DNA from: Spirochaetia bacterium | Lineage (GTDB): Bacteria > Spirochaetota > Spirochaetia > SZUA-6 > Bin103 | Assembly (NCBI GenBank): GCA_965208575.1 | Contig: CBDBOV010000004.1 | Span: 256,001-320,000, forward strand | Reading direction: 5' to 3' | Length of the DNA: 64,000 nt | Part shown: piece by piece, positions 1 to 9,197 of the stretch | Layout: each line of letters begins with the position of its first letter | Position numbering within the stretch: position 1 is the first letter of the stretch | Translations under genes and position numbers: made by a program | Notes under the pieces: generated by a model | Told to the model about the DNA's origin: nothing | The model's input: the letters and a program-made list of their open reading frames with translations, nothing else | Database searches by the model: none

Positions 1-83
1 AATGACGGAGCGCGTCATGAGCGACCGTCCGCGCCGCGAGTGAGTGAACGAGCCGACTCGGGTAACCTGATGCTGGTAGACCG

Positions 84-1373
84 ATGAATCTGTGGAGAAT
101 CGCGTTGCGCAACGTCGCGCGCAACAAGCGCCGCTCGCTGCTCTCCGGCACTGCCATCGCGGTGGCGACCCTGGCCGTGGTGCTGCTGTTCTCGCTGATC
201 GCCGGCGTGCTCGGCGACACGGTATCGATTGCGTTGACGTATGACACCGGTCACGTTCAGGTACGCCACCCGGAGTTCGGGCGCTACGAGCATCTCAGCC
301 CCGTGCACCTGGCGGTGACCGGCGCGGCGGAAGTGCAGGCGCGGCTCGCCGAGTTGCCGGAAGTGGCGGCGGTGCTGCCGCGGGTGCGGTTTGGCGGCGC
401 CGTCTACCGGGAAGACCAGAACCACGCCGTGTACGGGATCGGCGTCGACTTCGGCCGGGAGGTCGCGACCGCGGCCCGGCGCTTGCCTCATCTCGCGCCG
501 GCCGCCGGCGCCGCGCCCGGCCTGGAGGACTTCGCGCGGGTGTGGCGGCTGGATCTGTTCGGCGGTGCCCTGCCCGACCCGCATGCGCGCGAACTGGTGA
601 TGGCGAAGACCCTGGCCGACGAATTGGGCGTGGCGGTCGGCGACAAGCTGACGATTCTGACCCGTACCGCGGTGATGAGCACGCAGGCGTGGACGTTTCG
701 CATCAGCGGACTGGTGGGGTTTCCGGTCGGTGGACTGAGCCGGGTGGTGCTGCTTCCGATCGGCGTGGCGCAAGCCTTTCTGCAGCTCGACGCGAGTGGC
801 GCGGTCACCGACCTGCTGCTGTACAGCGAGCACGACGACCGGGTGCCGGCCCTGGCGCAGGCCGTGCGGGATGCGGTGGGCGACCGGCTCGAGGTGCGGT
901 CGTGGACCGAAGAGAACGCCATGTACCGGTTGTTCGAGCTCGCGACGCGCATCTACGACATCATCGCGCTGGTGTTTTTCCTGCTGGCCACCACGGTGAT
1001 CGTCAATACGACGATGATGGTGGTGTACGAGCGGATGCGTGAAATCGGTACCATTGCGGCGCTCGGGATGACCGGCGCGCAGATAACGCGCCTGTTCTTC
1101 CTGGAAGCGCTGTTCATCGGTGTGGCCGCCGCGCTGGTGGGAGTGGGACTGGGTGTCGCGCTCGTGGTGCCGCTGTCGCAGGTCGGGATCGACTACACCG
1201 AGGCTATGGAAGGAGTGGAACTGAACATGTCCAATATCATCTACCCGCAACTCAACCTGCGTTCCACGGTGCTGGTGCTGTGCTACTCGATTGCCGTGAC
1301 CGCGGCCGCCTCGTTCTGGCCTACCCGCCGGGCCGCCAGGCTGCACCCGGTGACCGCGCTCCGCGCCACGTGA
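84..1373 (+). CDS. FtsX/MacB/LolE-type ABC transporter permease
   Basis: N-terminal 'IALRNVARNKRRSLL', TM1, large periplasmic loop, 'ERMREIGTIAALG' motif, 3 C-terminal TMs ending 'RRAARLHPVTALR'. Confidence 0.9.
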   Translation: MNLWRIALRNVARNKRRSLLSGTAIAVATLAVVLLFSLIAGVLGDTVSIALTYDTGHVQVRHPEFGRYEHLSPVHLAVTGAAEVQARLAELPEVAAVLPRVRFGGAVYREDQNHAVYGIGVDFGREVATAARRLPHLAPAAGAAPGLEDFARVWRLDLFGGALPDPHARELVMAKTLADELGVAVGDKLTILTRTAVMSTQAWTFRISGLVGFPVGGLSRVVLLPIGVAQAFLQLDASGAVTDLLLYSEHDDRVPALAQAVRDAVGDRLEVRSWTEENAMYRLFELATRIYDIIALVFFLLATTVIVNTTMMVVYERMREIGTIAALGMTGAQITRLFFLEALFIGVAAALVGVGLGVALVVPLSQVGIDYTEAMEGVELNMSNIIYPQLNLRSTVLVLCYSIAVTAAASFWPTRRAARLHPVTALRAT

Positions 1374-1375
1374 CC

Positions 1376-2182
1376 ATGTTTGGCACGATGCTTCGCACGA
1401 CGCGCGGCCGCCAGGACGTTCGCCGGTTGCCGCGCACACGCCGGCGCAGCCTGCTGGCGACGTGCGGCGGCGTGCTCGCGCTGTTCGCCGCGGATCCGCT
1501 CCTCGCCTTGACCGGCGACGAGATCATCCGTCGCATGGAACGGCACGAGCGCCACAGCTCGGTGCACTCCACCGGCTCGATGGAGATCACCGATCGCTTC
1601 GGCACGCGCACCAAGACATTCATTTCGACGGCGCTCGGCGACGACCACTCGCTGCTCGAATTCACCAATCCGGAGGAGGCGGGCCAGAAGGTGCTGCGCC
1701 TGGAGGACGAGATCTACCTGTACTTTCCCGACTCGGAGGACGTGATCCACCTGCAGGGCGCGGCGCTGCGCGACAGCGTGCTTGGATCCGACTTCTCCTA
1801 CGAGGACATGACCGGCAGCAGCAGCCGGCTGGACGACTATGACGTGGTGCTGGAGGACACGGAGGAGGTCGACGGACACGAGACGTTCCGGCTGCGCCTG
1901 ACCGCGAAGCGGCGCGACGTCGTATACCCGGTGCAGGTGGCCTGGATCGACAGCGAGCGGTTCGTTACCCGGCGGGTCGACCTGTTCTCGCTCCGCGGCC
2001 GGGCGCTGAAGCGGTTGGCGGTTACCGAGTTTCGCGAGGTTGGCGACAAGGTAATCGGGGTTCGCCTGGAGATGTCCGACTTCATGAAGAAGGACTCGCT
2101 GACGGTGTTCACGATCGATGAGATCGCGATCGATGAGCCGGTCGACGAGAGTCTGTTTTCGCTCGAGGAGCTGACTTTTTGA
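1376..2182 (+). CDS. Outer-membrane lipoprotein-sorting (LolA-like) protein
   Basis: Signal peptide, 'LTGDEIIRRME', 'GSDFSYEDM' signature, C-terminal 'DESLFSLEEL'; start chosen at ATG 1376 just after the permease stop. Confidence 0.85.
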   Translation: MFGTMLRTTRGRQDVRRLPRTRRRSLLATCGGVLALFAADPLLALTGDEIIRRMERHERHSSVHSTGSMEITDRFGTRTKTFISTALGDDHSLLEFTNPEEAGQKVLRLEDEIYLYFPDSEDVIHLQGAALRDSVLGSDFSYEDMTGSSSRLDDYDVVLEDTEEVDGHETFRLRLTAKRRDVVYPVQVAWIDSERFVTRRVDLFSLRGRALKRLAVTEFREVGDKVIGVRLEMSDFMKKDSLTVFTIDEIAIDEPVDESLFSLEELTF

Positions 2183-3324
2183 CCGCGCGCCGCGGCGCGG
2201 CGCTGCTCCTGCTCGCGACTGCTGCGGTCGCCGCTGCCGATCTGCGCACCACGGTCACGCTCAACGCCGAGATGAGCGCCGTCGCGGACCCCGAGGAGAC
2301 GCTGCTGTTGGGGGGCGGGGGGAGCGCCCGGCTGGACCTGGCCGCGACCGGCAACCGCAACGTGCGCGGCCAGTTGAGCATTTCCGCGGATCTGCACCGG
2401 CCGCCCTCGGCGTCCGGCACGGCGGGAAGCAGCCCGGACCACCTGGTGACCAGCCTCGGCGTCGAGCGCGCCTTCATCCGCGCGCGGCTTCCCGGTTTCC
2501 GCCTGACCGCCGGGAAGACGCGGCTGTCGTGGGGCCGGGGCCGCTTTTTCAACGCCGGCGACATTCTGTTTGGCCAGGAACCGGGATTCACGTCCGGCGC
2601 GCGCGAGTACCTGACCGCGACCGATTGGCTCGTTGCCGCCTATGTTGCGGTCGATCGGCGCTCGTTCCTGGAGGCGGTTGTGCTGCCCCCTCCCCTGCCG
2701 GATCGTCTGGCGGAGACGGCTGCCGGGGCGCGCGCCGTGATCCGGATCGGCGAATTGACCAGCGAGGCGGGCTACCTGTACGGCGCCGGCCCGGATCCAC
2801 CCGCGGGACACGAGCACCGTGCCTACGTGGGCCTGAAGGGCGCCTTGCTCGGCATCGACTGGCACGTGAGTGCCGGCTCGGCACTGCCGGCACACGACGG
2901 CCGCGACCTGCGCGAGACGGCACAGGATCGCCTGTACGTCACCGCCGGCGGATTCGGCTTCGTGGACCTGGGGCCGGAGTCCGGGCTGCTGAACCTGCGG
3001 CTGGAGGCCGGTGTGCGGCCGTGGCGGAGTTGGCAGGAGCAATCGGGAACGTCGGCGGCGCTCGATCGATATGGATTGTACCTGTTCCCTGAAATCGGCT
3101 TCGCCCCGGCCGACAACTGGAACCTGAGCCTGAGCGGGGTGATCTCCCCAATTGACGGCTCGGCCGTAGCCGCCGCCGGCGCGTCGTGGAACATGCTGCA
3201 GGGATTGACGTTCAGCCTGTTTGCGAGTGCCATGCTGGGCGACGAGGATGACACCTTTGCCTGGGACCGGCAGGGCAATCTGGCCGCCACCGTGGCGGCA
3301 AGGTTCGTGTTCGGGTCGTCCTGA
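2179..3324 (+). CDS. Exported hypothetical protein, possible outer-membrane beta-barrel
   Basis: Signal peptide, 'LTAGKTRLSWGRG' porin-like motif, alternating beta-strand pattern, C-terminal 'ARFVF'; overlaps the upstream stop codon. Confidence 0.6.
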   Translation: MTARRGAALLLLATAAVAAADLRTTVTLNAEMSAVADPEETLLLGGGGSARLDLAATGNRNVRGQLSISADLHRPPSASGTAGSSPDHLVTSLGVERAFIRARLPGFRLTAGKTRLSWGRGRFFNAGDILFGQEPGFTSGAREYLTATDWLVAAYVAVDRRSFLEAVVLPPPLPDRLAETAAGARAVIRIGELTSEAGYLYGAGPDPPAGHEHRAYVGLKGALLGIDWHVSAGSALPAHDGRDLRETAQDRLYVTAGGFGFVDLGPESGLLNLRLEAGVRPWRSWQEQSGTSAALDRYGLYLFPEIGFAPADNWNLSLSGVISPIDGSAVAAAGASWNMLQGLTFSLFASAMLGDEDDTFAWDRQGNLAATVAARFVFGSS

Positions 3325-3340
3325 CGGTGGCGGCACCGAC

Positions 3341-4639
3341 ATGAGCGGGGCGGCGTTCCGGCGCGGCGAGTTGCGGCTGCTGCTGCTGCTGGCGTGGCGC
3401 AATCTGGCCCGGCACCGGCGGCGCACCGTGATCACGATGCTGGCCCTGGCGTTCAGCATCGCCGTTCTCATCTTCATGGATTCCATGCTGCGCGGGGTTG
3501 ACCAGGAGTCGCAACGCAACCTGGTGTGGTACGAAACCGGGTCCGGCCGGGTGGTGACGCGGGAGCAGCATGATGATCTGGACCGGGTGGCGCTGAAGTA
3601 CGAACTGATCGACTACGCCCGGCTGGGGACCAGGCTGACCGAGATGGGAATTGCCAACACACCGCGCATCGGTTTTGGCGGCGAGATGTTCTTTGGCGAG
3701 GGATCGTTGCCGATTCGGCTCATCGCCATTGATCCGGTCACGGACGGGGCGGTATTCCGGTTGCGGGATGCGCTGCTTGCGGGCAGCGGCTACCTTGAGC
3801 CGGGCTCGCCGGGCCTGCTGCTGGGCGCGTGGATGGCCGACGACCTGGGAATGTCGCTCGGCGACATCGTCGAGGTGCGTACCCGCACCCGCCACGGCGC
3901 GATGCAGGTGCTGGAGCTGGAACTGGTCGGCACCCTGCTCAGCCCCAATCCCACCATCAACCGCGGCGTCGGATTTCTGCCGCTCGACGTGGCGCAATTC
4001 GACCTGGAAATGGCCGGCGTCACCGAAGTGGCGCTCGGAGCGATGCCGTCGAGGCTGGGACGAGCGGTTGCCGTGCCTGCCGGCGCCTTCCTGGCCGGCG
4101 AGGTCGAGCGCGTGAACGCGATGCTTGCCGAGGAGCTGCCGGGGGCGGTTGCCGTGGGGTGGCCGCAGCTTGCGCGCGACTACCTGGCGATGATGGAGTC
4201 GGAGAGATCCGGCAACGTACTGTTGTTGCTGCTGGTATTCCTGATCGCCGCGGTGGGGATCTCGAATACCATGTTGATTGCGGCGTACGAGCGTATGCGG
4301 GAGTTCGGGATGATGCGGGCGCTCGGCATGGCGGACGGCGCGGTGCGCGCCACGATGGTGTTCGAGGCGGGTCTCATCGGCTGCCTCGGATCGCTCTGCG
4401 GTTTGCTGCTCGGCGCCGTCGCCGTGTTCTTCCTGGTCGATCGAGGCATCGACATGAGCCGGTTCTACGGCGACATCAGCATTGGCTATCGCGTCACGGC
4501 GGTGTTTCGCGGCGCCTGGAACCCCGGCACGATGGCGGTCGCCGTGGTGTTCGGCGTGCTCGCGAGCATGCTCATCGCGCTGCTGCCGGCACGCCGGGCG
4601 CTGCGCCTCGACATCGTGCAGTGCCTTCGTCATGAGTGA
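3341..4639 (+). CDS. FtsX/MacB/LolE-type ABC transporter permease
   Basis: 'LAWRNLARHRRRTVIT', 'ERMREFGMMRALG', terminal 'PARRALRLDIVQCLRHE'; ATG 3341 preferred over the ORF-track start. Confidence 0.9.
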   Translation: MSGAAFRRGELRLLLLLAWRNLARHRRRTVITMLALAFSIAVLIFMDSMLRGVDQESQRNLVWYETGSGRVVTREQHDDLDRVALKYELIDYARLGTRLTEMGIANTPRIGFGGEMFFGEGSLPIRLIAIDPVTDGAVFRLRDALLAGSGYLEPGSPGLLLGAWMADDLGMSLGDIVEVRTRTRHGAMQVLELELVGTLLSPNPTINRGVGFLPLDVAQFDLEMAGVTEVALGAMPSRLGRAVAVPAGAFLAGEVERVNAMLAEELPGAVAVGWPQLARDYLAMMESERSGNVLLLLLVFLIAAVGISNTMLIAAYERMREFGMMRALGMADGAVRATMVFEAGLIGCLGSLCGLLLGAVAVFFLVDRGIDMSRFYGDISIGYRVTAVFRGAWNPGTMAVAVVFGVLASMLIALLPARRALRLDIVQCLRHE

Positions 4640-4717
4640 CGCCTTCGTCATGAATGACCACTTCGTCATGAATGACGCCTTTCGTCAGGAGTGACGGCGC
4701 CTTCGGCAACGAGTGAC
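4623..4717. repeat. Degenerating ~18-bp tandem repeat, 5 units (GCCTTCGTCATGARTGAC)
   Basis: Units at 4623-4640, 4641-4658, 4659-4676, 4677-4695, 4699-4717; the first contains the permease stop codon. Confidence 0.85.
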
Positions 4718-4793
4718 GGTCGCACTCGAGCAGCGATAGCAGCGATCCGGGCACGCTGACGAGTGACGCGCCGTGCGATATGATGGAGCGACC

Positions 4794-5114
4794 ATGCTGC
4801 ACGTAATCGTTACCATGACCATCAAGCCGGGCCGGCTGAACGACTTTCTTGCCCTGGCCCGCCAACTCGCTCCGCTGGTGCACGCCGAACAGGGCTGCAT
4901 CCGCTACGAGTACACCCTCGACACGACCTCTCCGCTCCCGATTCAGGGAGCCATCGACGACCACCGCGTCACCTTGATCGAACAGTGGGAGTCTGCCGCG
5001 GCGTTGGCGGACCACCTGCAGGCGCCGCACATGAAGCAGTACGGACCGGCAATGGGGGCGCTGCGCACCGGCGGCGTGACCGCCCGGGTGACGCGCCCCA
5101 TCGACGGCGCCTGA
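4794..5114 (+). CDS. Antibiotic-biosynthesis-monooxygenase (ABM) family / putative quinol monooxygenase
   Basis: 'VHAEQGCIRYE', 'LIEQWESAAALADHLQAPHM'. Confidence 0.88.
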   Translation: MLHVIVTMTIKPGRLNDFLALARQLAPLVHAEQGCIRYEYTLDTTSPLPIQGAIDDHRVTLIEQWESAAALADHLQAPHMKQYGPAMGALRTGGVTARVTRPIDGA

Positions 5115-5130
5115 TCACGGCCGCGGCGCC

Positions 5131-5586
5131 ATGGTGCGCACCGGAATCGCTGCACAGATAGCGCTCGGGTACCTGGGCGTGCTGCGGGTGGCCGCGTTCC
5201 TGGTGACGATCGTTGCCGGCGCGGCGGTCGCTGGCGCGCTGATCGCCCTGCCGTTGTGGCTGTTCGCGACGCGTGCGACCGGGGTCTACAACTGGTTCGT
5301 GGCGGTCGTCCTGGCGGCCGGTGCGCTGGCGGCCATTGCGGGACGCGTGGTGCGCGCGGCGCGCAGCGCGCCAAGCGGGGCCGGCTACCTGCGCGCCTGG
5401 GCCTTGCGCGCGGCGCGCGGCGCGCTGCGCGTGCTGGCCGTGGCGGCGCTGGTCGCCGGCGCGCTGCTTGCGTTTGCCCGTGGCGGCACGCTGGCTGGAC
5501 TGCTGGCCGCGGCGGTGGTGGCGGTATTGGCCGGTGCGGTGCTGTTTGTCTCCTTCCCCGGCTCGAGAGCGCGCCGGAACGAGTGA
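5131..5586 (+). CDS. Hypothetical membrane protein (about 4 TM)
   Basis: ATG start, hydrophobic segments, co-oriented with neighbours. Confidence 0.6.
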   Translation: MVRTGIAAQIALGYLGVLRVAAFLVTIVAGAAVAGALIALPLWLFATRATGVYNWFVAVVLAAGALAAIAGRVVRAARSAPSGAGYLRAWALRAARGALRVLAVAALVAGALLAFARGGTLAGLLAAAVVAVLAGAVLFVSFPGSRARRNE

Positions 5587-5596
5587 TCGGCAACTA

Positions 5597-5626
5597 TTGA
5601 TTGGCGAATCACGCTTGGTCTATACT
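5597..5626 (+). promoter_or_regulatory. Sigma70-type promoter
   Basis: TTGATT (5597-5602), 18-bp spacer, TATACT (5621-5626). Confidence 0.6.
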
Positions 5627-5632
5627 TGGATC

Positions 5633-5829
5633 AGGCTCCTGATGAGGACGCCGGCCGGCAATTGCGTATCGACGACGCGGGCGGCCTCGGCCTCTTAGGT
5701 TTCGCCATTCGGTGTCGATAATTAGGGTGTCGGTTACAAGATTAAGTTCCCCTCCCAGTTTACTTCGTTTTGTGCCGGCGCCCGAAAGGGTAGGTCGGTC
5801 CCCTCTTGGGGGGGCCGACCGTTTTTCTT
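5633..5829 (+). ncRNA. Candidate ~195-nt structured small RNA (6S RNA possible)
   Basis: Flanked by promoter and terminator; closing stem GGACGCCGGC/GCCGGCGCCC, inner stem TATCGAC/GTCGATA; no credible ORF. Confidence 0.5.
5793..5829 (+). terminator. Intrinsic terminator
   Basis: GGTCGGTCCCC...GGGGGCCGACC hairpin followed by GTTTTTCTT. Confidence 0.8.
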
Positions 5830-5869
5830 GGTGCGTCCGCCGCGGACCTCGCCCGGGAGGTGACCCTTC

Positions 5870-8350
5870 ATTACCCGAGTAGGGGTTGTCGTCTGCCTGT
5901 TGGTCGCCGTTGCGGTCGGCGCCGCCGTCGGGTTGTCGACTGCGGGTACTCGGAACATTCGCAGCCTCGACGTGTACGAGCGCGACAGACCGGCGCTGCC
6001 CACGCAGATCCTCGACCGCCACGGTCGCCTGATCACGCAGTTCTTCCGCGACCAGAAACGAGACATCATCCGCTATGAGGAGCTTCCGCCTCACCTGATC
6101 CAGGCCCTGCTGACCCGCGAGGATCGCCACTTCTTCGAACACCGCGGTTTTCGCATACCCGATACGATGCGCGCCGCCTGGAACATGGTCGCGGGACGCT
6201 TCTGGTCCGGCGGCTCCACCATTACGCAGCAGCTTGCCGGCTCGATCTACGCCGACCGCACGGAGATCACCATACGGCGCAAGCTGGTAGAGCTGTGGTG
6301 GGCGATTCAACTGGAACGCTGGCTCACCAAGAACGAGATTCTGGAGCGTTACCTCAACCTGGTCTACTTCGGCGAAGGCACCTACGGCGTGGAGGCGGCG
6401 TCGCAGTTCTACTTCAAGCACTCGGCCCGGGACATCACGCTGGCGGAAGCCGCCATGCTGGTGATCCAACTGAACCGGCCGGGCGGCAACTCCCCGATCA
6501 ACCATCCGAATCGGGCTCGCACCTTGCAGCGCGAGATTCTCAACCAGATGGTCGAACGCGGGCTGACCACGGCCGCAGAGGCGGACCTGTCGTTCAAGCA
6601 GTACTGGGACAACTACGACTTCACACGCTCCAACCGCTCCACGGCGTTCCTGGAGCGCCAGGACGCGGCCCCCTACTTCAGCGAATACGTCCGCGGACGG
6701 CTGGACGAGTTGATGCTCGGCTCGATGGACGTGTATCAGGATGGCCTGGTCGTGCGAACGACGCTCGACCTCGACTACCAGCACGCCGCGCAGCAGACCC
6801 TGTCCCGCCACCTCGAACGCGTGAACCGGACGCGCAGCAACAGCTCCCGTCAGCGCCGGACCGTGGCCGACAGCACCTTCCTGCCTACCGTCGACCTGCT
6901 CTCGCTCGCCTTCGGCATCGACGGGATGCGGGTGGCCGGCATCCGGGAGCGCAAGAAGGGCACCGACCGTTTCATCAAGGAGCTTGCGCCGGCTCTCGAC
7001 GTATTCGGCATGATGCTGGACGATCGCGACCTGCGCGCGATTTCAACCGCCGCCTACGGCCGTGGCGAGCAGGAGGCGCGACGCACCGAGGTCGAGGGCG
7101 CCTTGATCACACTCGATGCGCGCACCGGTCACGTCCTTGCCATGGTAGGCGGCAGCGAGTTCGGCACCGGCAATCAATTCAACCGCGCCACTCAGGCAAA
7201 GCTGCAGCCGGGATCCGCGTTCAAGCCGTTGTACTACTCGGCCGCGATCAGTTCCGGACGCTTTACGCCCGCAACCATGATTACGGATGCGCCGGCGATT
7301 TTCGTGAACGACGACGGGACCCCCTACATTCCGCTCAACTACAAGGGCGAGTGGACCGGCCGCGTGCTTCTGCGCACCGCCCTGGCGCGGTCGATGAACG
7401 TGCCTTCTCTCAAGGTGCTGGAGGAGATCGGATTCGATGCCGCTATCGAGCGTGCGAGCCGCATGCTGGGCGTGGAGACGCCGGCGGAGATCGAGGCGAC
7501 GTTTCCGCGCAAGTACCCGCTCGGTCTGGGCGTGATCGCGGTCTCGCCGCTGCAGATGGCGCGCGCCTACGCGACATTCGCCAACCACGGGCAGGAGGTG
7601 TCTCCGCTGGCGATCCAGTACGTCATGGATCGCAACGGACGCATGGTGCTGGAAGTGGAGAAGGAACTGCGTGCGCGGCAGCGGGTGCAGCAGCAGGAAC
7701 GGCAGATCATGAGTCCCGAGGCGGCGTACGTGATGACCGACCTGTTGCGCAGTACCGTACAGTGGGGCACGTTGCGCTGGGCGTCGGGAACGGTCGGCGG
7801 TTTTCGGACCGACACCGCGGGCAAGACAGGCACGACGCAGAACTGGTCGGATGCCTGGACGGTCGGATTCACCCCGCTGCAGGCCACGGCGCTGTGGATG
7901 GGCTTCGACGAGCGTGGCGAAACCCTGGGACTGAACCTTACCGGAGCAACTGCCGCCGGCCCCGCCTGGGCCGAGTACATGAAGGCGGTGGAGCCCGGAC
8001 GGGCGGTGCAATTCGCACGCCCCGCGACCGGGTTGATCGAAGTCACGGTGAACGCGCGCTCCGGCCTGTTGCCGTCGGGCGCCGACGGCGAGGAGATCAT
8101 TCAGGAGATCTTTCTCTCCGGAACCGATCCCAAGGAGCGTGACGGCCTGCTGGCATATGAGTCCGAACGGCGCGGGGAGATTGTGAATAATCTGCGCCTG
8201 GCGATGCGGCGCGTGGACGCCGGCCAGCCGCTCGGCCTGGCGCCCGATCCGTTGGGACCGGTGGGCTCTGCGCCGCCCTTGGTACGGGGAGACACCGGCA
8301 CGGCAACGCAGCGCCAACAGCCGCGCGGTGGCAATCCGCTGCTCGATTAG
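5870..8350 (+). CDS. Class A penicillin-binding protein (PBP1A family)
   Basis: Transglycosylase motifs EDRHFFEH, GGSTITQQL, RKLVE, KNEILERYLN; transpeptidase SAFK, SMN, KTGT. Start uncertain (ATT 5870 or TTG 5900). Confidence 0.95.
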   Translation: MTRVGVVVCLLVAVAVGAAVGLSTAGTRNIRSLDVYERDRPALPTQILDRHGRLITQFFRDQKRDIIRYEELPPHLIQALLTREDRHFFEHRGFRIPDTMRAAWNMVAGRFWSGGSTITQQLAGSIYADRTEITIRRKLVELWWAIQLERWLTKNEILERYLNLVYFGEGTYGVEAASQFYFKHSARDITLAEAAMLVIQLNRPGGNSPINHPNRARTLQREILNQMVERGLTTAAEADLSFKQYWDNYDFTRSNRSTAFLERQDAAPYFSEYVRGRLDELMLGSMDVYQDGLVVRTTLDLDYQHAAQQTLSRHLERVNRTRSNSSRQRRTVADSTFLPTVDLLSLAFGIDGMRVAGIRERKKGTDRFIKELAPALDVFGMMLDDRDLRAISTAAYGRGEQEARRTEVEGALITLDARTGHVLAMVGGSEFGTGNQFNRATQAKLQPGSAFKPLYYSAAISSGRFTPATMITDAPAIFVNDDGTPYIPLNYKGEWTGRVLLRTALARSMNVPSLKVLEEIGFDAAIERASRMLGVETPAEIEATFPRKYPLGLGVIAVSPLQMARAYATFANHGQEVSPLAIQYVMDRNGRMVLEVEKELRARQRVQQQERQIMSPEAAYVMTDLLRSTVQWGTLRWASGTVGGFRTDTAGKTGTTQNWSDAWTVGFTPLQATALWMGFDERGETLGLNLTGATAAGPAWAEYMKAVEPGRAVQFARPATGLIEVTVNARSGLLPSGADGEEIIQEIFLSGTDPKERDGLLAYESERRGEIVNNLRLAMRRVDAGQPLGLAPDPLGPVGSAPPLVRGDTGTATQRQQPRGGNPLLD

Positions 8351-8361
8351 GGGCGTTGGCT

Positions 8362-8745
8362 ATGGAGCTTCGTTATTCTCTGGATCATCATTGGGTGCGG
8401 CGCGACTCGGCGGAACGCATCACCGTTGGGCTGTCCGACTTCGCTCAACGCGAGATGGGCGAAGTCGCCTACCTCGAGTTGCCGGAAGTCGGCACCAGGG
8501 TCGCCGCCGGGGCGGCGGTCTCCGCCATCGAGTCGTTGAAGTCGGCGGGTGAGCTGTACGCGCCCGTCGGCGGCATGATCGTGGCACGCAACGAGGAGTT
8601 GGCACGCGGCGGCGCGCGCTTGATCAACAGCGATCCCCTCGGCGCCGGTTGGTTGTTCGTCATGGAAATGGACGACCCGGGCGAATTCGAATCGCTGTTG
8701 TCGGCATCCGAATACGCGCGCCGCACCGCCGGCGACCTGCCATAG
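8362..8745 (+). CDS. gcvH: Glycine cleavage system H protein
   Basis: 'VGLSDFAQ', lipoyl-Lys motif 'IESLKSAGELYAPVGG', 'INSDPLGAGW'. Confidence 0.92.
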   Translation: MELRYSLDHHWVRRDSAERITVGLSDFAQREMGEVAYLELPEVGTRVAAGAAVSAIESLKSAGELYAPVGGMIVARNEELARGGARLINSDPLGAGWLFVMEMDDPGEFESLLSASEYARRTAGDLP

Positions 8746-8789
8746 CAGCCGGTGTTGCGTCACGGGCTGCCGAGGCCGATAAGAAAAAT

Positions 8790-9197
8790 ATGCAGGTCCG
8801 CATCGACGCGGTAGTGGTGCGTGAGCGAATCCGCTCCGACTTGGGAGAGTTGGAGCCGCTGATGGAGAGCCTGCGTCGCCACGGACAGTTCAGCCCGATA
8901 CTGATTTCCCGCGACTCCGAGCTGGTCGCCGGCCACCGGCGCCTGGAATCGGCGCGGCGGCTTGGTTGGAGCAGCATCGAGGCGATCGTGCTCGACCAGG
9001 CCAGCGACGAGACACTGCTGGAGTTGGAGATTGAGGAGAACGTGCAGCGCAAACAACTCAGCCATGAGGAACTCGCCGCGGCCGTGGCACGCCTGGAACG
9101 GCTGCGCCGCCCTTGGTGGTTCGAGCGCGTGTTGAGCTGGCTGACCCTGCGTTGGCGGCAGCTCACCTGCTGGATTGGCGTCCCACCTGGGCGCTGA
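8790..9197 (+). CDS. ParB N-terminal (ParB/Srx) domain protein
   Basis: 'LMESLRRHGQFSPILI...LVAGHRRLESARRLGW', 'ENVQRKQL'; no HTH or C-terminal domain. Confidence 0.88.
   Translation: MQVRIDAVVVRERIRSDLGELEPLMESLRRHGQFSPILISRDSELVAGHRRLESARRLGWSSIEAIVLDQASDETLLELEIEENVQRKQLSHEELAAAVARLERLRRPWWFERVLSWLTLRWRQLTCWIGVPPGR

Noticed and set aside
4623-4717. Possible CRISPR array
   Set aside because: Repeats are contiguous 18-mers without unique spacers, and no cas genes are present
5639-5812. Hammerhead ribozyme-like core (CTGATGA, stem, GAAA, possible stem III)
   Set aside because: Stem I is only about 3 weak pairs, stem II would enclose ~120 nt, and the stronger terminator hairpin sequesters the needed bases
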